The notes under the pieces are model-generated. The model was given only the letters and a program-made list of their open reading frames with translations. It searched no databases and had not been told where the DNA came from. From assembly GCA_031413715.1 (NCBI GenBank), contig JANOFO010000003.1, forward strand, positions 11,047-75,046: DNA of 64,000 nt, in the 5' to 3' direction. The position numbers were made by a program, and so were the translations under genes. Below are positions 9,619 to 18,867 of the stretch, one piece after another; the stretch's first letter is position 1, and each line of letters starts with the position of its first letter. This DNA comes from Minisyncoccota bacterium (GTDB lineage: Bacteria; Patescibacteriota; Minisyncoccia; Phycocordibacterales; UBA9973).

Positions 9619-9792
9619 TAGAAAAAAAACGGCTTCGGCCGTTTTTTTGCACCGGAGTAAGCAAAAGCTTTTTGCTTATGTGTTGGATTCGAAAACCTTG
9701 AGTATATCGCACGGAACAAAGTGAGTACGATACGAAAGGTGTACAGATTCTGTAAGAATCGAAAAGTGTACTCACGATCCTCCCCGGCGCAC
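9619..9792. repeat. tRNA-Tyr-associated structured element with antisense and sense copies of the tRNA 3' end
   Basis: TGCACCGG (9648-9655) and GTTGGATTCGAA (9682-9693) are complementary to the tRNA 3' half; ATCCTCCCCGGCGCAC (9777-9792) matches 9603-9618 at 14/16. Confidence 0.7.
9622..9648. terminator. Terminator-like hairpin after tRNA-Tyr
   Basis: AAAAAAACGGC-TTCG-GCCGTTTTTTT. Confidence 0.8.
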
Positions 9793-9850
9793 AAACATAA
9801 AAAATACAAGGTCTTGCCTTGTACTTTTTATGTTATGCTATACTGTATGC

Positions 9851-10198
9851 ATGGAAAACACTAAATTACCAGATGGTGCACAATTTTTAATAATAAGAGA
9901 TGGTCAACCAAAGAAAGTCGTCGCCTTTGCAGGTATGCCAATTGAGCTGAATGATCTGATAGCTGTAAATTCTGATGAAGAATCTTTTCTCAAAGAAGGA
10001 AGGGTGGGCTTTGTTCTGATTTCTGCAAGCAAAGAAAGTGCTTCTATTAAAGTATTGTCTGATATAAAGGAGACGATTACTATAAATTTTGGGGAACAAA
10101 AGAAAGTCAGCATCTTGGGAACTGATTTGCTGATTGAACTATGGGCTGTACGCTTTGACTCTGAGACACCCAACAATTGGCGTTTATCAATGATTTAA
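9851..10198 (+). CDS. Hypothetical protein
   Basis: ORF; ATG at 9851 lies 6 nt after TATACT. Confidence 0.6.
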   Translation: MENTKLPDGAQFLIIRDGQPKKVVAFAGMPIELNDLIAVNSDEESFLKEGRVGFVLISASKESASIKVLSDIKETITINFGEQKKVSILGTDLLIELWAVRFDSETPNNWRLSMI

Positions 10199-11097
10199 AT
10201 CAGAACACCGATTACTGTTTTCATTTTATCTCTACCTTTTGCTCGGAATTTCTTAATCTGAATTGACATCTCAATGAAGAACTTCTCTTCGGGGATTATA
10301 TTATGATTATTTTGTAGATATTCTTCTAAAGATTTTGAATCATCTATAGTCTTTGCGGTCAGGTTGAGCATCTCTGTTGCTCTACTGTCGCCAGCCACAT
10401 TATCCATATTTTCGTAAGCTTCATCCCACATTTTCTGTAATAGTGAGAAGTCCTGACTCATGGTATCGAGAGTATAGACTCTTTTCTGTTTTGGCTCTTT
10501 TGCTTCTTTCTCAGTATTCTTTATCTCCAATAGTTCCCATGCTTCCTTGGGCTTAAGCATATCTATTTCAGCATCAGTAATACCAAAAGATTTTAAATCC
10601 GCACGCAGCCGATTTGTGACAAATACGGGGATACCTTCCTCTTTGGGATTTGGAGAATGAGCAGTTGATTCTCCCGACTCAGTTCTTTCAGAAATTTTGC
10701 CATTTTCATCAACAAAAAAATTATTTCCCATTTCAAAGACTCTCTCCTGTTTCTGGGGCTTTGCTTCCTGCCAACCGAACTGCCTAGCCACTTTCAAGGC
10801 AGAGGCATAGATCTGTTCCTTCGTCGGACCGCCATCTTCTGAGGAAATAATCCTAGAGTTTTCTCTGTTAGCCTCTATTTCAGCTCGTTGATCTACCATT
10901 AGAGATAACGGCTTTGGGTATTCGAGCACGCCGTATTCATTAAACATCCTCGTAAGATACGTCGCAAATTTTAACTTCATCTTGTCCCAGGAAGAATCCT
11001 CTTTTTTCTCTTGCGCGTTTGTTTTATAAGCAGAGGAATTATCTTCCTGAGAAGGTTTTTCTTGTATTCGCCTTCTTAGAAATTTGTTATCTATCAT
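10195..11097 (-). CDS. Hypothetical protein
   Basis: 300-aa charged ORF directly downstream of clpB. Confidence 0.65.
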   Translation of the reverse strand: MIDNKFLRRRIQEKPSQEDNSSAYKTNAQEKKEDSSWDKMKLKFATYLTRMFNEYGVLEYPKPLSLMVDQRAEIEANRENSRIISSEDGGPTKEQIYASALKVARQFGWQEAKPQKQERVFEMGNNFFVDENGKISERTESGESTAHSPNPKEEGIPVFVTNRLRADLKSFGITDAEIDMLKPKEAWELLEIKNTEKEAKEPKQKRVYTLDTMSQDFSLLQKMWDEAYENMDNVAGDSRATEMLNLTAKTIDDSKSLEEYLQNNHNIIPEEKFFIEMSIQIKKFRAKGRDKMKTVIGVLI

Positions 11098-11102
11098 AGA
11101 GC

Positions 11103-13796
11103 TTATTTACTATACGGACTCGGTTTGCTGACTTTGAAATTTGATTTGATTTTTTTCTTGTTCATCTCAATAATAAGATCATTGTCTTTGAGGATGACAT
11201 TGACCGTATCCCCTTTCTTTACGCCTTTACTGATGATGAACGACGCAATTGGGTTTAAGATCTTATTTTGGATCAATCTACCAAGAGGTCGGGCACCATA
11301 GTGAGGGTTGTATCCCTCACGAGCAAGATATGAGAGAGCATCTTGGGATATTTCAAGCTCGATATTCTTGCCTCGCAATCTTTCACGGATAACGTTGATC
11401 TTAAGATCTACAATGTGGCGGATAACTTCCATCGACAAGATATCAAAGACGATCGTGTCATCGAGGCGGTTCAAGAATTCAGGACGGAAATGATCCTTGA
11501 GCGACGCCAAGACTTTTTCTTTTGTCTCGGCATATTCATTCTTCTTGGAATTCGTAAACCCAAGTGACTCCATCTTCTCAATGAAATTCGAGCCTATGTT
11601 TGAGGTCAATATGATGATTGTATTTTTAAAGTTGACTATGCGGCCTTTGGCATCCGTCAGGCGACCTTCATCGAGTACTTGCAAAAGCACATTGAAGACT
11701 TCGGGGTGGGCTTTCTCAATCTCGTCGAAGAGAATAACCGAGTATGGTCTATGGCGAATAGCTTCGGTCAAGTTACCAGATTCATCATAGCCTACGTATC
11801 CAGGCGGTGAACCGATGAGTTTTGATACGCTATGGCGCTCCATATATTCACTCATATCAACTCGAATCAATGCTTTGTCATCATTGAACATAAACTGGGC
11901 AAGAGTTTTCGTAAGCTCAGTCTTACCTACGCCTGTAGGACCCAAGAAAATAAACGAACCGATTGGTTTGTTCGGATCAGAAATTCCAGCACGCGAACGG
12001 CGAACGACATCAGCAATTTTAGTTATCGCTTCATCTTGCCCGACAACACGCTTACGAAGCTCATCTTCCATATGAGCAAGTTTCTCGCGCTCCTCTTCAA
12101 GCATCTTTACAAGCGGAATGCCGGTCCAGCGAGAGACAACTTCAGCGATATCTTCAGCTGTAATATCTTCCTTTAGAATACGGCGTGATTTCTGGAGCTT
12201 CTTGAGACGAGTGAGTTTTGTCTCCAATTTATTTTGCAAATCAGGGATCTGCCCGTAGCGGATTTCAGCTGCACGAGCAAGATCAGCTCGCATCTCGGCA
12301 TTCTCGCCTTCCAATCTAAGTGACTCGAGTTCTTTCTTGATGGCGCGAATTTCTATAACAGTCTCCTTCTCATTCTTCCATTTTAATTCAAGTTCTCTTG
12401 TTTTCTCTTTCAAGTTTCCGATCTCTTTATCGATATCTTTGACGCGGGCTTTGGTATCCTTACTGTCAGCTGACTTATTTGAAACTCTGGAGATCTCTTT
12501 CATAAGAGCTTCCTTTTCAATCTCAAAGCGCATTATTTTGCGATGAGCATCTTCTAGAATCTGCGGCTTGTTTTCAAGAGCGATGCGGAGCGCAGATGCT
12601 GCTTCGTCAATCAGATCCACGGCTTTATCAGGCAGATATCTGTTTGTGATATAACGTGAACTTAAATTAACTGCGGATATAATAGCATCATCGGTAATAC
12701 GTACGCCGTGAAAAAGTTCGTACTTTTCTTTGAGTCCACGGAGAATCGCTACTGCATCATCGATGCTCGGTTCATCTATAAATATCGGTTGGAAGCGACG
12801 AGCAAGAGCAGGGTCTTTTTCGATATGTTTCTGGTATTCTTTGAGTGTTGTCGCACCAATAGCGCGAAGTTCGCCTCTCGCAAGAGCAGGTTTAAGCATG
12901 TTTGAAGCATCGAGTGATCCCTCAGCTGATCCAGCACCGACAATCGTATGAATCTCATCTATAAAGAGTATTATCTTTCCATCAGACTTTTCAATTTCTT
13001 TCATTATTCCGCGTAGGCGCTCTTCAAACTCTCCGCGGTATTTTGTGCCCGAGAGAAGCAATCCCAGATCAAGAGAGACAACTTCTTTGTCGCGTAAACT
13101 CTCAGGTACGTCGTTTTTAGCTATTCGTTGTGCGAGAGCTTCTGCTACTGCTGTTTTGCCAGTACCAGCTTCACCGATGAGTATCGGGTTATTTTTGGTA
13201 CGACGAGAGAGGATCTGCATCATACGCATTATTTCAGTATCGCGCCCGACGACAGGATCAAGTTTGTCTTCTCTCGCGAGCGTCGTTAGATTACGTGTAA
13301 ATTTCGATAGTAGCTTCGGCTTTTTTGAAGAACTGGATTCAGTGACATTTTCACTTTTAAAAAGCTCGAGTACCGAGAGAACTTGATCTTTTTCAATCTT
13401 GAATTTTGCCAGGAGTTCTCGTGCGTCTCCAGGAGTTTCAAGCAAAGAGACAAATAAATGTTCTGTGGAAACGAATTCGTCTTTGAGAGCATTTGCTACT
13501 TTACTTGAATTCTCTATTGATTGAGCAAGATCTGGAGTCAGATATATCTGATATGACGGTGAAATAGTATTGCGATTCTCTGGAGACTCGATCATCTCTA
13601 TTAAATTATCAGTAAGGAGCATAGTATCTACGTCCATCTTGTCCAAGATTGATACAATCATAGAATCTTCTTGGATCAAAAGTGCTGTGAGTAAATGGAG
13701 CGCATTCACATGATTCTGTCCGCGCTCAATAGCAAGCTCGTGAGCTTTGCGGATTGCTTCCTTGGCTTTAGTTGTAAGATGGTTAAATGGTGGCAT
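11103..13796 (-). CDS. clpB: ATP-dependent chaperone ClpB
   Basis: Clp N domain, GEAGTGKT and GPTGVGKT Walker A motifs, long coiled-coil middle domain, GARPL. Confidence 0.95.
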   Translation of the reverse strand: MPPFNHLTTKAKEAIRKAHELAIERGQNHVNALHLLTALLIQEDSMIVSILDKMDVDTMLLTDNLIEMIESPENRNTISPSYQIYLTPDLAQSIENSSKVANALKDEFVSTEHLFVSLLETPGDARELLAKFKIEKDQVLSVLELFKSENVTESSSSKKPKLLSKFTRNLTTLAREDKLDPVVGRDTEIMRMMQILSRRTKNNPILIGEAGTGKTAVAEALAQRIAKNDVPESLRDKEVVSLDLGLLLSGTKYRGEFEERLRGIMKEIEKSDGKIILFIDEIHTIVGAGSAEGSLDASNMLKPALARGELRAIGATTLKEYQKHIEKDPALARRFQPIFIDEPSIDDAVAILRGLKEKYELFHGVRITDDAIISAVNLSSRYITNRYLPDKAVDLIDEAASALRIALENKPQILEDAHRKIMRFEIEKEALMKEISRVSNKSADSKDTKARVKDIDKEIGNLKEKTRELELKWKNEKETVIEIRAIKKELESLRLEGENAEMRADLARAAEIRYGQIPDLQNKLETKLTRLKKLQKSRRILKEDITAEDIAEVVSRWTGIPLVKMLEEEREKLAHMEDELRKRVVGQDEAITKIADVVRRSRAGISDPNKPIGSFIFLGPTGVGKTELTKTLAQFMFNDDKALIRVDMSEYMERHSVSKLIGSPPGYVGYDESGNLTEAIRHRPYSVILFDEIEKAHPEVFNVLLQVLDEGRLTDAKGRIVNFKNTIIILTSNIGSNFIEKMESLGFTNSKKNEYAETKEKVLASLKDHFRPEFLNRLDDTIVFDILSMEVIRHIVDLKINVIRERLRGKNIELEISQDALSYLAREGYNPHYGARPLGRLIQNKILNPIASFIISKGVKKGDTVNVILKDNDLIIEMNKKKIKSNFKVSKPSPYSK

Positions 13797-13815
13797 ATAT
13801 TTATTTACTAAATAA

Positions 13816-14391
13816 TTATTGTTTTGGATCGACTGTCGGAGTTAGAGCTGATGCTCCCTGGCTATTTGCTGACGCTCCTGTCATTTCTTTTTTCGGGGTG
13901 ATTCTTAGGATTGTAAATCCGTTTGTAAACTTCTTGATAACAGTCGCATCAAAATCAATTTTATCTAAAGTGACTTTATAAACTTCCTTATCATTCAAGA
14001 TACTGGAATCAACTAATATAAGCCCCATATCTGATATTATTATTCCCTGTCCTAATGCTTTGGGTAAAACTACAGGTGGATTGCCTGGAGCAGGAATTGG
14101 GGCAAGAGCAACATCCTCTTTTGAATAAATGGATACGAGTACATCCCCATCGCCAGTGAACATTCCTTTGTTGTCAGAAGTATCTGTAGTTGGTTTCTCA
14201 GGAAGTTCAGCTGGAACTGTGGTCACTTTCTCGATTGTCCTTTGAATTACGTTGTTTATCGTTTGAGGCACACTTTTCGGTATCTGTTGCATGAGAGAAA
14301 CGGTAATGATTCCCGTAGCAATAGAGACTACAAAAGTAATCAGTAAAGTAAGCAGTATCAGCTGGGTTTTATTTAACTCTTTAATATCCAT
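13816..14391 (-). CDS. Membrane-anchored protein with a degenerate half trypsin-like (HtrA-like) fold
   Basis: N-terminal TM; LGQGIIISDMGLILVD...VTLDKIDFDATVI resembles IGSGSGFLISSDGMIVTN...VLLNNGKMYSATVL of the HtrA at 56545-57858. Confidence 0.55.
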   Translation of the reverse strand: MDIKELNKTQLILLTLLITFVVSIATGIITVSLMQQIPKSVPQTINNVIQRTIEKVTTVPAELPEKPTTDTSDNKGMFTGDGDVLVSIYSKEDVALAPIPAPGNPPVVLPKALGQGIIISDMGLILVDSSILNDKEVYKVTLDKIDFDATVIKKFTNGFTILRITPKKEMTGASANSQGASALTPTVDPKQ

Positions 14392-14498
14392 ACTATTAGT
14401 ATATCATAGCTGTCAACCTTATTTCCAGCTTTTATATTTAAGTATATGATTGGCTACTTTATAACTCCTTCTTGCCAACCCAAGAGGTCTTGCTAGTT

Positions 14499-15755
14499 TT
14501 ATATTACCCCATAGGTCTTGCCTATGGGGTATTTCCACTTTTTATATTTCGCCAAAATTTGTTTGAAAGATTTGATAAGGGCATCTAGATCGCTCTTTTT
14601 AGTTTGTCTTCCGAGAGAGATGCGAATCGAGCCATCGGTTGTATTTGATTTTGCGCCTTGAGCTTTTCGGAGAGCAGTGATCACATACGATTCATCGGGT
14701 TCATCACTCTTGCAAGCGCTTTTTGCAGAAACGAGGATTCCTTTTGCATCCAGTTCAATTACTAAGAGTTCGCTTGAAATACCAAGGACAGAAATATTTA
14801 TATTATTCGGCAAGCGATTTATTGGGTCACCGTTTAAAATTATTTCATAGCTGGAGATTTTAGAGAGAGCAAGGAGTTTTTTAATTCCATAGTCGCGAAG
14901 TTTGGTAAGTCGAGCTGATTCTTTTTCTTTCATCTTGCAAGTTATTTCAAATGCCTTGGCAATACCCACTATCGAAGCAGTATTTTCTGTTCCTGATCGT
15001 AATCCGAATTCCTGCCCCCCACCTTTATATAATGGACTGATTTCAATTCCTCTTTTCTTGTATAAAACTCCTACACCTTTTGGTCCATATATCTTTGAGC
15101 TATTGAATGTGAGCATATCCACCCCGAGCTTCTCAATATTTTCAGTCGGCAGATAATTCATGGCCTGACATGCATCTGTATGGAAGATCGGAAAAGGAGA
15201 ATTTTTATTTTCTTTTATGTTTTTTTTGTGATGCCTAATAGTCTTGGCAATCTCTTGTATAGGCTGAACTGTTCCAATTTCATTATTGGCATACATGACT
15301 GAGACAAGAATAGTATTTTCTTTTAATGCATCGCGAATATCCTTTGGGTTGATCAATCCAGTATCGTCAGGCATGACATAGGTTACCAGAGCTTCACCGC
15401 GCTCTTCAAGAATTTTACAATTCTCAAGCACCGCAGCATGCTCTATAGCTGTCGTTATAATGTGTGGAATGTCTTTACTTTTATAGGCACGCACAGTTCC
15501 CAATATTGCGAGCGCATCGCTCTCCGTACCACTGCCTGTGAAAATAATCTCGTCGCTATGAGTAAATATAAGCTTTGCAATATTAGACCTAGATTCTTCT
15601 ACTCTCTGGCGAGCCATAACCCCTTCCTTATGGATAGAACTGGCATTAGCAAAATGCTTATCGTCATAAAAACTCATCGCTTTAGCAACATTTCGATCAA
15701 TCGGCGCGGTACTCGCATAGTCTAGATATATGTTTTTTCTTGATAATTTAGGCAC
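14499..15755 (-). CDS. iscS: Cysteine desulfurase (IscS/NifS family)
   Basis: IYLDYASTAP, FTGSGTESD, ANNEIGT, HTDACQ, SSKIYGPKG, RSGTEN, SAKSAC. Confidence 0.93.
   Translation of the reverse strand: MPKLSRKNIYLDYASTAPIDRNVAKAMSFYDDKHFANASSIHKEGVMARQRVEESRSNIAKLIFTHSDEIIFTGSGTESDALAILGTVRAYKSKDIPHIITTAIEHAAVLENCKILEERGEALVTYVMPDDTGLINPKDIRDALKENTILVSVMYANNEIGTVQPIQEIAKTIRHHKKNIKENKNSPFPIFHTDACQAMNYLPTENIEKLGVDMLTFNSSKIYGPKGVGVLYKKRGIEISPLYKGGGQEFGLRSGTENTASIVGIAKAFEITCKMKEKESARLTKLRDYGIKKLLALSKISSYEIILNGDPINRLPNNINISVLGISSELLVIELDAKGILVSAKSACKSDEPDESYVITALRKAQGAKSNTTDGSIRISLGRQTKKSDLDALIKSFKQILAKYKKWKYPIGKTYGVI
14505..14531. repeat. 27-bp palindrome forming the last codons of iscS
   Basis: TACCCCATAGG-TCTTG-CCTATGGGGTA; encodes YPIGKTYGV. 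Confidence 0.65.
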
Positions 15756-15814
15756 CAGAATACTATATCATAGCATTGTAAAAAGCCTCTGATTCGTATA
15801 TACTACCCGAAGTT

Positions 15815-16258
15815 ATGAGTATACTTATCCTAATTTATATGCTTGCAGGAATAATTGTTATCCTCCTTGTCTGGATCATTTCCACCGAACGCCGAATGAG
15901 AAAATTCTGGAGAGGTACGAAAGCTGAGAGTCTAGAAGATCTGATGAACCAGATAGCAAAGCAAGTAGAGAACCTAAAGAACACGCAGACCGAGATTAAT
16001 AGCCACTTGGTCACCGTCGACCGTAGGCTCGACAAGTCAATTCGCAAAATTGAGACGGTGAGATTCAATCCATTCGTCGATGGTGGCGGTAATCAGAGCT
16101 TCGCAATCTCGTTTCTAAACGATGAAGGCAATGGTGTCATTATTTCGAGTCTTTATGCTCGTGATCGCATGAGCATCTTTGCTAAGCCAATAACAGCAGG
16201 GAGTTCAGAGTTTGAACTCACTACTGAAGAGAAGGAGGTTCTCAAGAAGTCAAAGTAA
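15815..16258 (+). CDS. DUF4446-family membrane protein
   Basis: TM + coiled coil + VRFNPF..GGNQSFAISFLNDEGNGVIISSLYAR...FAKPI. Confidence 0.85.
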   Translation: MSILILIYMLAGIIVILLVWIISTERRMRKFWRGTKAESLEDLMNQIAKQVENLKNTQTEINSHLVTVDRRLDKSIRKIETVRFNPFVDGGGNQSFAISFLNDEGNGVIISSLYARDRMSIFAKPITAGSSEFELTTEEKEVLKKSK

Positions 16259-16268
16259 AAAAGATCGT

Positions 16269-17813
16269 ATGAGTAAAGAAACAACACAATCCAATATAGT
16301 TGTACGCCCCCCCGTCGTCGTAGTGATGGGCCATGTTGATCATGGAAAATCTACTCTGCTAGATTATATCCGCAAATCAAATGTCGTAGAGAGCGAGAGC
16401 GGAGGTATCACCCAGCATATCAGCGCTTACGAAGTGACTCACCCCGAAGGAAAGAGTACTTCCAACGGGGCAAGTAAAGACGAAGTGGCTGTTGAAAGAA
16501 AAATCACTTTTATAGATACGCCAGGGCATGAAGCATTCTCTAAAATGCGCGCTCGCGGAGCACAAGTAGCAGATATTGCTATCCTCGTAGTCTCGGCTGA
16601 AGATTCAGTGAAGGCTCAGACCTTGGAAGCCTACAACACTATCATAGAGAGCAAGACTCCATATATAGTAGCCATAAACAAAGTAGATAGGCCAGGTGCC
16701 AATGTCGAAAAAACAAAGATGGACCTTGTAGAAAAAGGCATTTATTTGGAAGGTATGGGAGGCGATATACCGTTCGTAGCGATCTCGGCAAAAGAAGGCA
16801 CCGGCATACCAGAACTTCTTGATATGATCTTGCTTGTTGCAATGCTTCATAGCTTCACTGGAGATCGATCAAAGAATGCAAGTGGCGTGATCATCGAAGC
16901 TAACCGGGAGCCAAAGCGCGGAATATCTGCAACTGCCATCATAAAGGACGGCACTCTAAGGTCAGGAATGTTCGTGGCGGCAGGCGGCGCAATAGTGACG
17001 ACTAGAATACTAGAAAATTTCCTAGGCAAGCCTATAAAGGAAGCTAGCTTCTCTTCCCCTATCCGCCTTGTCGGATTTGAATCTATGCCAGAAGTCGGAA
17101 TTGGGTTTGCTTCATTTGATACAAAAAAGGGAGCAGAGAATTATGTAAACAACCTCGAAAATACTAAGGAGAATAATAAAGCCGCAAGTGAAATACTCGT
17201 TCAGATTGGCAAAACGATACCGCTTGTCATTAAGACTGACGTTGCAGGAACCATGGAAGCATTGGAAAAAGAGATTGAGAAGTTAAATACAAATGAGATC
17301 TCATTTAAGATCATAAGCGCAGGTGTGGGCGCGATCGGTGAAACAGATATCAAAATGGCAAACGTAAACAAAGATACTATTATCGTGGGATTCAATACGA
17401 AGTTAGATACTGGCGCACGAGATCTCAATGATCAGCTGAAAGTAAAGGTAGAAACATTCAATATAATTTACAAACTTATCGACTGGCTGAAAGAGATAGT
17501 AGAAGAGCGACGTCCTAGGCAAGAAGTAGTAGAAGTCACCGGTACTCTCAAAGTACTAAAAACATTTGGTGCAACTAAAGAGAAGCAAATCATCGGCGGC
17601 AAAGTAACCACCGGCCGTATTACCGACAATGGCACCGTTCGCATCATGCGACGTGATTTTGAGATCGGCCGGGGTAAAGTCGTCGGACTCCAACAAAATA
17701 AATTAAAGGCAAGAGAAGTCCTCGAAGATACAGAGGCAGGCATGATGATCGAATCAAAGATTGATATCGCTCCAGGCGACATGCTTGAGGCATTTATTAT
17801 ATCTATTAAATAG
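16269..17813 (+). CDS. infB: Translation initiation factor IF-2 (short form)
   Basis: [40 protein letters not shown]; start placed at ATG 16269. Confidence 0.97.
   Translation: MSKETTQSNIVVRPPVVVVMGHVDHGKSTLLDYIRKSNVVESESGGITQHISAYEVTHPEGKSTSNGASKDEVAVERKITFIDTPGHEAFSKMRARGAQVADIAILVVSAEDSVKAQTLEAYNTIIESKTPYIVAINKVDRPGANVEKTKMDLVEKGIYLEGMGGDIPFVAISAKEGTGIPELLDMILLVAMLHSFTGDRSKNASGVIIEANREPKRGISATAIIKDGTLRSGMFVAAGGAIVTTRILENFLGKPIKEASFSSPIRLVGFESMPEVGIGFASFDTKKGAENYVNNLENTKENNKAASEILVQIGKTIPLVIKTDVAGTMEALEKEIEKLNTNEISFKIISAGVGAIGETDIKMANVNKDTIIVGFNTKLDTGARDLNDQLKVKVETFNIIYKLIDWLKEIVEERRPRQEVVEVTGTLKVLKTFGATKEKQIIGGKVTTGRITDNGTVRIMRRDFEIGRGKVVGLQQNKLKAREVLEDTEAGMMIESKIDIAPGDMLEAFIISIK
16442..16475. 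repeat. Mini palindromic insert in infB related to the MITE terminal repeat
   Basis: CCCCG-AA-GGAA...TTCC-AA-CGGGG; ACTTCCAACGGG (16458-16469) matches ACTTCTAACGGG at 11/12; encodes [11 protein letters not shown]. Confidence 0.6.
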
Positions 17814-17814
17814 C

Positions 17815-18141
17815 ATGTCAGAGTACCGATCGGAAAAAATAGCGGGCCATATCAGAGAACTAGCAGCCCTATATATAGAGCATGAAGCAGGACCAACATC
17901 GATGATTACTGTTACTCGAGTACTGCTCTCTCCGGATAATAAAAATGCGAAGATCATGGTGAGTGTCCTACCACGTGAAAAAGAAAAAGCAGCGTATGGG
18001 TTCTTAAAACGAAATCTAGGAGATATGCGTAAATATATAACTAAAGGCCTAAAAATTAACCCTATTCCATTTTTAGATATAGAGATAGATGAGGGAGAGA
18101 AAAATCGTCAGAAAATTGACGAATTGCTCACGAAAGGCTAG
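17815..18141 (+). CDS. rbfA: Ribosome-binding factor A
   Basis: Follows infB; ITVTRVLLSPDNKNAKIMVS, IPFLDIEIDEG. Confidence 0.88.
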   Translation: MSEYRSEKIAGHIRELAALYIEHEAGPTSMITVTRVLLSPDNKNAKIMVSVLPREKEKAAYGFLKRNLGDMRKYITKGLKINPIPFLDIEIDEGEKNRQKIDELLTKG

Positions 18142-18164
18142 GATATACATGCGCAATAAGATAA

Positions 18165-18239
18165 GGCGTGGTGGCGAAGTGGTAACGCTTCGGTCTGCAA
18201 AACCGACATGCGCGGGTTCAATTCCCGCCCACGCCTCCA
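18165..18239 (+). tRNA. tRNA-Cys(GCA)
   Basis: GGCGTGG/CCACGCC acceptor, TCGGT-CTGCAAA-ACCGA anticodon arm, T discriminator, encoded CCA. Confidence 0.97.
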
Positions 18240-18367
18240 AGAAGAAAACAAAGTTTTCTTCTGCGTGGGAGAAACCAAACTGCTTTGGTTTCGTCGGGAA
18301 TTGGAAGACTTTTCTGTGTTTTTTCAAAACCAGAAAAGTACCAGCGACCGTAGGGCGAAACTCCCGC
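18240..18367. repeat. tRNA-Cys-associated structured element with antisense copies of the tRNA 3' end
   Basis: Hairpin, GCGTGGG (18263-18269), hairpin, CGGGAATTG (18295-18303), hairpin, terminal TCCCGC. Confidence 0.65.
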
Positions 18368-18384
18368 AGTTAAAAACAACATAT

Positions 18385-18471
18385 GCCGGGGTGGCGAAAT
18401 TGGTAGACGCACTGCTCTTAGGAAGCAGCGAGAGTAATCTCATGGAAGTTCAAGTCTTCTCCCCGGCACCA
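18385..18471 (+). tRNA. tRNA-Leu(TAG)
   Basis: GCCGGGG/CCCCGGC acceptor, CTGCT-CTTAGGA-AGCAG anticodon arm, long variable arm, encoded CCA. Confidence 0.96.
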
Positions 18472-18584
18472 AGCTTGTTTGTCGGCAAGAGATTATTCTC
18501 GAATTCAGAGGGTGCTTAAATCGTTTGCAATATTAAAAGTTTGTCTATTTGCAATCCTTCTCCTTTTATAGTAGTATAAGTTCT

Positions 18585-18818
18585 ATGACGATTATTGCTA
18601 CTGTACTACCGTATATACAGATTATACTGTCTATTATTTTGGTTGGCGCAATTTTACTCCAGCAATCAGGCGCAGGTGTGGGCGGTGCACTCGGAGGAGG
18701 AGATGGCGGCGGACTTTATCATACACGACGTGGATTTGAAAAGTTCCTATTTGTTACCACAATTATTGTGGGTATACTTTTTGCTCTCTCAGCTTTTATT
18801 GCGATACTCGTTAACTAA
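18585..18818 (+). CDS. secG: Preprotein translocase subunit SecG
   Basis: ILLQQSGAGVGGALGG...TRRGFEKFLF; two TM helices. Confidence 0.92.
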   Translation: MTIIATVLPYIQIILSIILVGAILLQQSGAGVGGALGGGDGGGLYHTRRGFEKFLFVTTIIVGILFALSAFIAILVN

Positions 18819-18867
18819 ATCATTGGGGTTCACCCCTACTATAAACTAACATACTACTCGTTTTCAG

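Noticed and set aside
9603-9792. Prophage or integrative-element attL/attR at tRNA-Tyr
   Set aside because: The repeats are only about 175 bp apart with no integrase or cargo; reported as a tRNA-associated element instead
18472-18520. A third tRNA-tailored element after tRNA-Leu
   Set aside because: Only a 5-nt GGTGC complement is present and there is no antisense T-arm block
18824-18838. GGGGTTCACCCC after secG as fused element ends
   Set aside because: Only a 4-5 bp stem; too short to separate from chance
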